DNA from: Macrostomum lignano
Lineage: Eukaryota
Direction of reading: 5' to 3'
Assembly (NCBI GenBank): GCA_002269645.1
Contig: NIVC01003416.1
Span: 34,982-98,981 of the forward strand
Length of the DNA: 64,000 nt
In this document: positions 48,095-59,649 of the stretch, one piece after another
Layout of the letters: every line of letters starts with the position of its first letter
How positions within the stretch are numbered: the first letter of the stretch is position 1
Made by a program: the position numbers and the translations under genes
The notes under the pieces: generated by a model
The model's input: the letters and a program-made list of their open reading frames with translations, nothing else
Databases searched by the model: none
What the model was told of the DNA's origin: nothing

Positions 48095-48870
48095 GGGTGA
48101 CCCAGCAACTGAGGATCTGGGAGGCTGGCCCAGCAACTGACACTCTGGGAGGCTGGCCCAGTAACTGAGGATCTGGAAGGCTGGCCCAACAACTGACACT
48201 CTGGGAGGCTGGCCCAGTAACTGAGGATCTGGGAGGCTGGCTCAGCAACTGACACTCTGGGAGGCTGGCTCAGCAACTGACACTCTGGGAGGCTGGCCCA
48301 GCAACTGAGGATCTGGGAGGCTGGCCCAGTAACTGAGGATCTGGAAGGCTGGCCCAACAACTGACACTCTGGGAGGCTGGCCCAGTAACTGAGGATCTGG
48401 GAGGCTGGCTCAGCAACTGACACTCTGGGAGGCTGGCCCAGCAACTGAGGATCTGGGAGGCTGGCCCAGTAACTGAGGATCTGGAAGGCTGGCCCAACAA
48501 CTGACACTCTGGGAGGCTGGCCCAGTAACTGATGATCTGGGAGGCTGGCTCAGCAACTGACACTCTGGGAGGCTGGCCCAGCAACTGAGGATCTGGGAGG
48601 CTGGCCCAGCAACTGAGGATCTGGAAGGCTGGCCCAACAACTGACACTCTGGGAGGCTGGCCCAGTAACTGAGGATCTGGGAGGCTGGCTCAGCAACTGA
48701 CACTCTAGGAGGCTGGCCCAGCTACTGACACTGGGAGGCTGGCCCAGCTACTGACACTGGGAGGCTGGCCCAGCAACTGAGGATCTGGGAGGCTGGCCCA
48801 GCAGCTGAGGATCTGGGAGGCGGGCCAGCAACTCGGGATCTGGGAGGCTGGCACAGCAGCTGAGAATCTG
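48095..48870. repeat. 28-bp minisatellite of the same family as 19115-19670
   Basis: GGGAGGCTGGCCCAGCAACTGAGGATCT / ..GACACTCT units. Confidence 0.96.
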
Positions 48871-49203
48871 GCTAAATAGCATGGTAATAACGTCGTCCGG
48901 ACATCTCTATCGATTTCTATTTGAATTGCCTTATTTCAAAAATACAGTTAAATACGCTCCTATGAGATACAGTAATAATGTTCGCACATATAACTGCTAA
49001 AAGAAAATGTATTTAATGCTAAAGTAGCTTTAGACATTAATACATTAGAATACGCACCTTAAACTGAACTACATGTAATTGCAAGTCGAAACCCGCAGAC
49101 AGGGAGACTTTCGATGTCTTCAACAACTTCCATCACAACTTCTAAGAGCGATTCGAGACAGCTCAAAAAGCAAGCCATGTTGAGCAAGAGTAGGACCCTG
49201 CAG

Positions 49204-49407
49204 ATGAAGAAATCGCTGCTGCTGTTGCATGTACTTCTGGCGTCTGTGCTGGCTGCGGCCGTCTGCGCTGACAAACCGGCAAACGGCGGGGCCTCCGCTC
49301 TGCATTTGAACGAACAGGTCGCCTACTCAGAATTTCCACAGAGTACATTGAGGCTCGACTCATTGAAGCTGACCAGTGCGTGGCCAGCTAAAATCCCATT
49401 AGGTTAG
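49204..49407 (+). CDS. Small putative secreted protein, or the first exon of one
   Basis: MKKSLLLLHVLLASVLAAAVCA is a textbook signal peptide in a GC-rich island. A possible donor CAG|GTCGCC lies at 49318. No homology recognised. Confidence 0.45.
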   Translation: MKKSLLLLHVLLASVLAAAVCADKPANGGASALHLNEQVAYSEFPQSTLRLDSLKLTSAWPAKIPLG

Positions 49408-50060
49408 CCATCCTGACGAGTTTTCATAAATCAAAATCTCAACAGACTCGTACCGGATTCTCGAATTTTAAATAAATAACAAGTACTACATTTCTATATT
49501 TCTACTGACAGTAGCAAATTAACGCATAATTTTATTTAAATATTTTTAACTTTGAAAAAAACGCATTCCGTGTAAATTATAGACAATTATATTATAGACA
49601 GCGTATATATTTCTGGAAAAATCTCTCTACCAACTCACAGCGCTGATACGAATTTCAGTTATAAAAAACTATGACTAGTTTAAACAGCTAAACATACGAC
49701 CAAGTCGCATTGAATTAACTAGGCGAGATACATATTGCCTTGGAATGTGTCGAAAACTGCCAAAATACGAGCTAAAACATCAGCTAAAACTGTGCTTAAA
49801 AATTTGATTTTAACAATTTAAATTCGCGCCAAAAAACCGATTTCATCGTTGTAAATTTCCGGACTTAATCTGGCGCGAATTTGAATGCTGGAAACCAAAA
49901 CTAAGAATAAGATTCTGAGAAAAGTGACAGAAAAGGTGACTTAAAAAGTTCTGTTCGTACAGAATCGCGTCAGGGTGCAATAAAGGTTAATTAACGCTTT
50001 GAAATTACCGGCTTTGACCACGTGTTATTAAAGCAACAGGCCACTGTTTATAAAAGAATC

Positions 50061-51314
50061 TCAGATCTCCGGTTTGCTGCAGAACGCCGCATTTTCGACT
50101 CCGCCAGACTGTTCCGGTGTGGCATCGCACTCCGATACTCCAGCTTGCGCTGATTGTCTGCTCAGATCCGATTGGCTGGCAGGGGTTTCCTCCCGTAATT
50201 CGGATTGGCTGACAAGATTTTCCTCCTTGAAATCCAATTGGCTGGCACTATTTTCACATCTCGATTTCGATTGGCTGGCAGGATTTTCACATCTTGAATC
50301 CGATTGGCTGGCAGGATTTTCACATCTCGAATCCGATTGGCTGGCAGGATTTTCACATCTTGAATCCGATTGGCTGGCAGGATTTTCACATCTCGAATCT
50401 GATTGGCTGGCAGGATTTTCACATCTCGAATCCGATTGGCTAGCAGGATTTTCACATCTCGAATCCGATTGGCTGGCAGGATTATCACATCTTGAATCCG
50501 ATTGGCTGGCAGGATTATCACATCTTGAATCCGATTGGCTGGCAGGATTTTCACATCTCGAATCTGATTGGCTGGCAGGATTTTCACATCTCGAATCCGA
50601 TTGGCTAGCAGGATTATCACATCTCGATTCCGATTGGCTGGCAGGATTTTCACATCTTGAATCCGATTGGCTGGCAGGATTTTCACATCTCGAATACGAT
50701 TCGATGGCACAATTTTCCTCCTTCACATCTGATGGAATAGCGGAGTTTTCCTCCCTAGAAGCTGATTGGCTGGCTGGATCGATCTGCACCGAATCCGATT
50801 GGCTGACGGCGTTGTCAACCCCGATTTGGTCGATGTAGCTGGCATTTTCGGCTTCGGCAGCAGCGGCGGCGGCGGAAGCCGCGCTTGCAGGCGACCAGCG
50901 CTGCGTAGCGAATCGAATTTCGAGTTTGAATCGAGCCGCGGATTCCTCGTAGGGCGGCGGGAAATCCTCGGCGAAAGACGTGCAGGCTGCGATTGGCTGC
51001 GGCGGCGGCTCTACAGTGTAGGCAGGCGGCCAGTCAGCGACGGCCACGTGGAAAGGAGGCGGAAAATCGAATGCGGGATCGCGGAACTCTGCATCAGGTC
51101 TGCGGGAGGGGTCGGGATTGAACTGATGTGCTAAAATGCTGCTTGTAGATAGATGGATGGATCGATTGAAAGACAGACAGACAGGCAGACAGAGACAGAC
51201 AGACAAACAGACAGGCAGACAGACAGACAGACAGACAGACAGAGAGACAGACAGACAAACAGACAGGCAGACAGACAGACAGACAGACACACAGAGACAG
51301 ACAGACAAATAGGC

Positions 51315-51381
<67 letters not shown>

Positions 51382-51434
51382 GACAGACAGACAGGCAGAC
51401 AGACAGACACACAGAGACAGACAGACAAACAGGC

Positions 51435-51509
<75 letters not shown>

Positions 51510-52059
51510 GACAGACAGGCAGACAGGCAGACAGGCAGACAGAGATAGACAGTCAGTCTCACCCGGCAGTCCTGCGCCGGCTGCCCACGCCCCCATCGGT
51601 CCAGCCGGCGGTGCGCCGTGCATCCCTACTGCCGCCGCTGCAGCAGCAGCAGACGAAGCGGCCATAGTACTGCCTGAGCCTGGCGCAGGCCAGCAGCACG
51701 GCAGTGAGCAGCAGCAGGCCGAGGCCCAGCATGACAATGCTAGTGCTGGGCCAGGTGTAGAAGCAGGAGCTGTTAGCGTAGGCCTCCGAGCAGTCCTCGC
51801 TCTGCCGTTCGTCAGCGCCGCACTGCCGACTTTCATGCGGCGGGTAGAATTCCACCGACTCGCAGTGGCAGCGTCGGCTGAGACTGGCCGGCTGCTGGCA
51901 GCCTTCGCAGCTGGTCCAGGACAGCCAGGCGCAGTACACTGGCGGAGTCTCCTTGCTGCTGTTGTCCTCGTCCGTCACGCCGGCCAGAGTCTCGGGCAGC
52001 TGAGGCAGAAGCAACGCCAACCAAAGCAGCAGATGATAAACTGCTGTGATGGAACTCAT
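50061..52059 (-). CDS. Type I membrane protein: signal peptide, TSP1-like ectodomain, TM, Cys cluster, PPxY motifs and 11-aa tandem repeats; 2 exons, ~524 aa
   Basis: Exon 1 spans 52059-51563 (phase 2, GG|GTGAGA). Exon 2 starts at 51138 or 51141 (tandem acceptors) and ends at 50061. Motifs: [47 protein letters not shown] and ([11 protein letters not shown]) x ~15. Confidence 0.78.
51170..51555. repeat. (CAGA)n microsatellite forming most of the intron of the TSP1-TM gene
   Basis: Direct reading. Confidence 0.97.
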
Positions 52060-52489
52060 ATTAGATTGGCAGTAAAATTTGGATTTGAGCAGATTGCAGT
52101 TTGGAGTCTGATTTGAGCAGAATGTAGTTTGGAGTCTGACTTGAGCAGAATGTAGTTTGGAGTCTGATTTGAGCAGATTGTAGTTTGAGCTTTAATTGAG
52201 TAGATGGCAGTTAAAGTGTAGCAAACTACGGATATAAAAAACAAAAATTAAAAAAACTATATCCACTATCAAGAAATCTTTTGGTCACCAACTTCACATT
52301 TATTTGTAGTTCTAGTTTGCTAACAAATTATTTTACAATAAACTACCATTAAGCTGTACACAGAATAATGCAACACAAATACTCACAATTTCATTTTTTC
52401 AAAAGTAAAACAACTTAAAATATTATGAATCACTTAAACTGGCATTTAAGGGGCTGTTAGACGCAGAGGGCACCCTCATCGGGTGTCAG

Positions 52490-53040
52490 TCTGTCAGAGG
52501 GCGCCAACATAGGGTGTCAGAGGGCGCCAACATTGGGTGTCAGAGGGCGCCAACATTGGGTGTCAGAGGGCGCCAACTTTGGGTGTCAGAGGGCGCCAAC
52601 ATCGGGTGTCAGAGGGCGCCAACTTTGGGTGTCAGAGGGCGCCAACTTTGGGTGTCAGAGGGCGCCAACATCGGGTGTCAGAGGGCGCCCTAATCGGGTG
52701 TCAGAGGGCGCCAACATCGGGTGTCAGAAGGCGCCCTAATCGGGTGTCAGAGGGCGCCCTAATCGGGTGTCAGAGGGCGCCAACATCGGGTGTCAGAGGG
52801 CGCCAACTTTGGGTGTCAGAGGGCGCCAACTTTGGGTGTCAGAGGGCGCCAACATCGGGTGTCAGAGGGCGCCCTAATCGGGTGTCAGAGGGCGCCAACA
52901 TCGGGTGTCAGAGGGCGCCCTAATCGGGTGTCAGAGGGCGCCAACATCGGGTGTCAGAGGGCGCCAACATCGGGTGTCAGAGGGCGCCAACATCGGGTGT
53001 CAGAGGGCGCCAACATCGGATGTCAGAGGGCGTCAACACC
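52490..53040. repeat. 23-bp minisatellite (GGGTGTCAGAGGGCGCCAACATC)
   Basis: About 23 copies. Confidence 0.96.
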
Positions 53041-53449
53041 GACAAGACAGAAATGCAATATGAAATATCAAGTGAAATAATTAAACGAATAAATAATCAA
53101 TTACAATATGGAAAGCTGATGACGAGGCTATAGATAGAGAGCAGGAATATCTGAGAATTACTCAATACATTTTACAAGATCAAAGCCTTTAAAGGGCACT
53201 GTAGTCTAGACTTTGCATTGCACTCTTATATAATCATTTATAATTATTATACGACAAAAATAATAACTGGCATTAAAATTAAAAGACGGTACACGTACCA
53301 GTGACGATGGAGAATATTCAGCAGTTAGTCTGCTTCGCCAAAAATGTACCCAACCCATTTTACTTAGTACTGACTGATTGTAAAATTACCCACTGCAATC
53401 GTACCAATCTTCACCGAAACTACCGACTAATCTACGGACATGGACTGAA

Positions 53450-54138
53450 ACTACAATCTACCCAATTGGACTGAAACTATAATTTACCCACCTGGACCAA
53501 AACTACAATCTACCCACCTGGATAAAAACTACAATCTACCCACCTGGACCAAAACTACAATCTACCCACCTGGACCAAAACTACAATCTACCCACCTGGA
53601 CCAAAACTACAATCTACCCACCTGGACCAAAACTACAATCTACCCACCTGGACCAAAACTACAATCTACCCACCTGGACCAAAACTACAATCTACCCACC
53701 TGGACCAAAACTACAATCTACCCACCTGGATCAAAACTACAATCTACCCACCTGAACCAAAACTACAATCTACCCACCTGGACCAAAACTACAATCTACC
53801 CATCTGGACCAAAACTACAATCTACCCACCTGGACCACAACTACAATCTACCCACCTGGACCAAAACTACAATCTACCCACCTGGACCAAAACTACAATC
53901 TACCCATCTGGACCAAAACTACAATCTACCCACCTGGACCACAACTACAATCTACCCACCTGGACCAAAACTACAATCTACCCACCTGGACCAAAACTAC
54001 AATCTACCCACCTGGACCACAACTACAATCTACCCACCTGGACCAAAACTACAATCTACCCATCTGGACCAAAACTACAATCTACCCACCTGGACCACAA
54101 CTACAATCTACCCACCTGGACCACAACTACAATCTACC
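53450..54138. repeat. 26-bp minisatellite (TGGACCAAAACTACAATCTACCCACC) abutting the ZC3H3 stop codon
   Basis: About 26 copies. Confidence 0.96.
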
Positions 54139-54149
54139 CTAAGCCCAAA

Positions 54150-56301
54150 TCACTCGGCATCAACAGTCTCATCGAATTCGTCTCCCTCGGAGTCCTCCTC
54201 AATGTATCGCGGCACTGGAATGTAGGACGCGTCCTTCTCCAGCTCCGCTTCATCACCGCGCTGGCTGTTCGACAATTCCGAAGGCTTCGTCGACGGCGCC
54301 TCGTCGACTTTCTCGGAACGACCGGCCTCTTTAGTCCAGAGGTGCTTCAGCGGGCATTGAACTCCACGGCGACAGTGTCCGAGCAGGCGGAAATCCGGAC
54401 AGACTGGTGTCCCGGCCGGGTAGCGGACATGCCGGTAAGGGCAGGCTGGCCGGTTGCAGCCGGCCGGGGTGTCGTAAAACTCGCAGCTTGGCAGCTTGGC
54501 CGGGTCCAGGCAGTGCGACAGGCGGCAGTTGGGACCGGCGTCACAGGCGCCTCCGCGCTTTAGAAAACTGCGAATGACACAGGGTTAGACATAATTTATT
54601 ACCTGTGAGACATACATGTGAGACATGATTAATCACCTGTGAGACATGATTTATTACATGTGAGACATGATTTATTACATGTGAGACATGATTTATTACA
54701 TGTGAGACATGATTAATCACCTGTGAGACATGATTTATTACATGTGAGACATGATTAATCAGCTGTGAGACATGATTTATTACCTGTGAGACATGATTTA
54801 TTACATGTGAGACATTATTTATTACATGTGAGACATGATTTATTACCTGTGAGACATGATTTATTACATGTGAGACATGATTTATTACATGTGAGACATG
54901 ATTTATTACCTGTGAGACATGATTTATTACCTGTGAGACATTATTTATTACATGTGAGACATGATTTATTACCTGTGAGAAATGATTTATTACATGTGAG
55001 ACATGATTTATTACATTTGAGACATTATTTATTACATGTGAGACATGATTTATTACATGTGAGACATGATTTATTACATGTGAGACATGATTTATTACAT
55101 GTGAGACATGATTTATTACCTGTGAGACATGGTTTATTACCTGTGAGACATGATTTATTACCTGTGAGACATGATTTATTACATGTGAGACATGATTTAT
55201 TACCTGTGAGGCATGATTAATCATACATGCGCAACTTTGGGAATCACCCGGCCGTTTCTATTGGCAACACACACATGTAAGTCGCTATTGGCTGAGAGCA
55301 GTCACGTGACTACTATTCCGTCCAATAGCGACTTACGTATATGTGTTGTCTAAATAGAAACGACCGAGTGAATCCCAAGGTTGCGCCCAAGCCCAAGCAT
55401 GTGATTAATCACCTGTTAGACATGATTTGTCCCCTGTTTCACCAAGACAGCATAATTTATCCTCCTGTCAGACAAAACTAACAAACAGGCAGCTCACCGT
55501 TTACAGATGGCCACCATATTGGGGTCGTGCAGGTAAATGCAGTTGTTGGCCCGTCGGCAGTGGCCGAAGCGGCAGTAGAACACGCAGTAGATGCGCTTCT
55601 TACGCAGCCGAAGCTTCGCCCTGGCAACCAGAGTTCTGGTAGGAGAGATAAAGAGTTGAAAATACTAAAATAATGTGCAGTTGACTCTTAGACGCTAAAA
55701 CGACAGTAAGTTTCAGAACAAGTTGCCAAAAAGTCGTCAAAGAGTCGACAAACAACTCTGTTTAGCCTACTTAAGTTAGTAGAAAGTTAAGCATAACGAC
55801 TTTTGAGCGAGTCACGTGATGCACTCGCGACTTAAAAGACGTCTCTATATACATTCAAGCATTATGTACAGTCGTTTGAGTCGTTAAAAAGCCACAAGAG
55901 TTGCCCCAGAGTCGCTAGGAGTTTCTGATGCTCACCTGGACCTTCGAATCGGATCCAGCGAGGCGGAGCCGTTGCTGCTCTGCCGCTTCAGCAGCTGGCC
56001 GGCCGACCGTCGGTGAAGACTGAATTTCCCGGACGAGCCGCGGCGCAGCCTGCCGGAGGCCGCCTGACTCAACCTGGCTCGATTGACCAGCTGTCGCCTT
56101 GGCTGCTGCTTTTTTTGCTGCTGCTGCTGCTGTTGCTGCAACTGCTTCTGACGCCGCTGCTGTTGCAGAAGCCGCAATTTCTGCTGCTCCTGCAAGCAGT
56201 TCTGCCTGGCCAGCAGCAGGTCCAAGTCTAAGCGAACCCGAGTGATCTTGCTGCGCAGCTGCCGCCTGTCCTCGGCTTGGTCGGCGCTGACAACTCGCTG
56301 A

Positions 56302-56336
<35 letters not shown>

Positions 56337-56507
56337 GGGCGGAGCTGCTTGCTCAGAGTGGGTGGCCCGCTGCCGAGCCGACAGCTGATCTTTCGCTGCC
56401 CGAATTTTCGCCTCCAACTGGGAGCGAAGATCCGTGATGCCGCTGAGCAGAGCTTGCTGCTGCTGTTGGTTAGCGGAGCTGCTTGAAGTTGAGCTGCTGC
56501 CTGGCAT
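54150..56507 (-). CDS. ZC3H3: ZC3H3-like CCCH zinc-finger protein; 3 exons, ~370 aa, four fingers
   Basis: Exons 56507-55936, 55620-55498 and 54567-54150 (phases 2, 2). KKRIYCVFYCRFGHCRRANNCIYLHDPNMVAICKRFLK matches ZC3H3 EYCMYYNRFGRC..GERCPYIHDPEKVAVCTRF; further fingers follow, including CPYRHV and VCPDF. An upstream exon is possible. Confidence 0.85.
54590..55213. repeat. 21-bp minisatellite (ACATGTGAGACATGATTTATT) in ZC3H3 intron 2
   Basis: About 30 copies. Confidence 0.96.
55222..55401. mobile_element. Palindromic hAT-type MITE, copy 2 (180 bp)
   Basis: Same termini as copy 1. Perfect 8-bp TSD TGATTAAT (55214-55221 / 55402-55409). Confidence 0.85.
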
Positions 56508-57134
56508 GCTGCAGTGTCATAGGATTTTGAGTTCACTCTATAGTGGGCACGTAAAGTGTTTATTTAAAAATCTTAATTGTAAGAAAGCTGGCAAACAATA
56601 GCATCTCTCCAAATCAGATTCTGTATTGGCTATTTCAACCCAGTTTCTTTCTAAGTCTTTATGCCATTTTAAAACCATAAGGCTAGGATAAATATCACTG
56701 GGGTTCAAATTTTAGGTTGCAAAATAAGAAATGTCAGATGTACCATAAACAAGACTTCTTTGGCTTTGTATACCAAAATAAAAGTTATAAGTCTATCAAA
56801 ATTTGGTAAATGGGTCTTAAACTAGGCATAGGCATAGGCATAGGCATAGGCATATAATAGAACAAGTTATTGAAACCTATGGATTTCGAAACCACTGAAT
56901 TCTTATCTTGGGAAATGTTTTTGCATACATTCTTCAATATATCAACAAGTCATATTCAACTAAATCTTTTTAGGATAAAGATAAATGTGTTAAATTAAGT
57001 TTTGACTTGAAGCAAGCATTGATCTTGTTGGCTAAGGTGCTATATGGAATGATAAGCAACTCAACTTTTTTTCTTATCCTTACTTTCAATTTTTATGTTA
57101 AATATCATCTTACTTTCTCTCTTCTTTTTCCTTT

Positions 57135-57975
57135 TATGTCAGAAAAGTTCCAGGACTGAGCCTACAGCTCGGCTTCTGGGTGCACTATGAATTAGCGGTT
57201 TGTGGTAGGCTTTAGCAGCATATAACAGGTGCTTTGTCCTGCAATTTCAGCTAATCAACATTTTCGTGCGAACTTGTGCTAGGATTAACGTTTGGCAAGT
57301 TCTCTAACAACCGTCGTGCCATGAGTACCAAGCAACGAATCAATCTGAAGTTCCTTGTTCGATTGGGGAAATCAGCCTCGGAAGCGCTTGAACTGCTGCA
57401 GCAAGTGTATGCGGCCAAAGCCATGTCTCGCTCCCATGTTTTTGAGTGGCTCAAGCAATTCAAAGAGGGGCAGGAGGAGGTCAAGGACGACGCCAGGAGT
57501 GGAAGACCTTCAATGAGCAGGACGGAAGAAAATGTGGAGCGAGTGGCGATGTTGCTTTGTAGCGACCATCGGCTGACTGTTTGCTTGATTGCAGCAAGTT
57601 GAGCTTGAATCAAGACAGCATTCATAAGATTCTAACTGAGGATCTGGGGATGCACAAGATTTGTGCCAAGATGGTTCCGAAGTTGCTGAGCGAGGACCAG
57701 AAAGAACGATGACTGCAGGTGTGCCAGGACATCCTTGAATGCATTGAAGCTGATCCAAGCTTATTGCATAGAGTGATTACTGGTGATGAGTCGTGGATTT
57801 TTGAGTACGACCCGGAGACCAAGCGGCAGAGTGGTGAATGGCGGCGACCAGGATCACCAAGACTAGTGAAGGCGCGACAATCGAGGTCAAAGGTCAAGCT
57901 CATGCTCATCACATTCTTTGATGTCAGAGGCATTGTGCACATGGAGTTCCTGCCCAAAGGTCACACCATCAATCA
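57135..57975 (+). pseudogene. Mariner (Tc1/mariner) transposase pseudogene, 3'-truncated
   Basis: MSTKQRINLKF (ATG 57321), VFEWLKQFKEG, DDARSGRPS, KICAKMVPKLL, VITGDESWIFEYDPETKRQS and KVKLMLITFFD. One frameshift and one stop. A partial TIR-like TCAGAAAAGTTCCAGGACTG lies upstream. Confidence 0.9.
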
Positions 57976-59649
57976 GCTCTGCTCATTTATTTTTTCTTTA
58001 CTTTTTTTCTTTTTCTTTTATTCTTTTTTCTCTGCTCTGTTTTGATCTTATTTCTCCTTATTTCTTTCTCCTCTTCTTTCTTTTCTCCTCTCTTTCCCCC
58101 TCTCATTAATAAACTAATTTGTATTAATAACAGTTCTAAATTAGATTAGGCCTACTACCCAGTGTTTATTATTAGTCCAATAAAGATAATAATATAAAAC
58201 TTAGCTAGCTTAGGCCATAGGGTAGGCCTTTATATAGCTATACTATTATTGATAGTATTAGTAGGCCCTAAGGTGGTTAAAGTCTAGTCTAGACTAAATA
58301 ATTATATACTAAAATGAATATAACTAATTATTCTATTCAAATGTGAAATTATATTCTTTTTTCTAAGAAAGATATATCAAGTGTGATATTTTTGAGAGAT
58401 GTCAACTAAAAATTACCAATATAAAAGAAAAACAATATTATATAATATCTTATACTTATACATAGACTAATACTGGCAAATTGGCAATCAATATGATTAT
58501 AGGCTAGGTAGGCTAGGCTAGGCCTAGGCACTGGATTAGGCCTAGGCTAGGGAATAGGCCTGGTATAATTTTTATGAATTTAATGGCAACTGCACATAAT
58601 TGGTCTAAGGCTAGGCCTAGCAAATGTCTAGATATTTTTATTTTATTTTGGTTGTAAATTGCATTCATTTTGTCGTTCGTGACTGATAATAAATCGACAC
58701 TCGTATGCTATAAAGAATTTTATAAACGCGCTCATGAATGAAAATTGAACACATATAAAGCATTTAAAAATAAAAAAATTCACTTTAAATGCCGGCTGTG
58801 TTTTGAACTTCATTAAGGGAATAATCCAATATATATATTGTATTAATATTAGTATTTAATTTTTTGAGTCAAGGACTATTATGCTTAACATGACTGAAAT
58901 AATCTGCTTACTTTATTATAATGATGTAGTTCTAAGAAAGTAAGGTATTTAAAAATCATGATAATAAAACCCAGAAAACCACATGTTTATGCTGTTGTCT
59001 TCTTTATTATAAAGAAAAGACTTTATTAGATGAATATGGCTAGAAAATCGAACAGGAAATTCCGTACTGAAACTTTTTACACCTGCAGTGGCTTCAATTG
59101 TATAGGTACATGCGCGGTCGTATGTACGCTTGAGTGCAGGCGCTTCGCAAGGGGGGGGACAGGAAGGACATGCCCCCCCCAGTAAAAGCTATGGGCCGGG
59201 GAGACATGCCAATGCTTTGCACCCCATCTTGTGTAACCCGTAGTGGTAATCAATAATTTTTCTTCAGGGCGCCAAAATGTAGCACGTTCGGCGCCAAAAT
59301 AAGTGCCTGCGGCGCTAAAATGAGTACCTGCGGCGACAAAATGAGCGCTGACAAAACGATTCACAAGATAATAGAAATGTAGTAGGAATTTAATTATTCA
59401 TGTGCAATGCATGTACATGTACATGTTGAATTCTTGGCTTTGTCCCCACACCATAGTAGCCATGGCGACGCCCCTGCTTAAGTGCACGTCATGCATACAT
59501 GTACATGTACATGTAGTTTGTACATCAAAGTTGTCCATTATAATTTTTTCGACTGCTTCGTTAGTATACACGATCGTTTGTGTTAGACTCTTATATATAA
59601 CTTTCATATAAGTAATCTAATCCAGATTTTTTCTAAATTCTTTCAATTC

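Noticed and set aside
49819-49882. 12-bp inverted repeat AAATTCGCGCCA / TGGCGCGAATTT with E2F-like cores
   Set aside because: It is short, is not positioned at a known TSS and cannot be distinguished from a MITE remnant.
59136-59477. Possible PIF/Harbinger-like MITE with five CGGCGCCAAAAT-type repeats
   Set aside because: The termini match only partially and no TWA TSD is evident.
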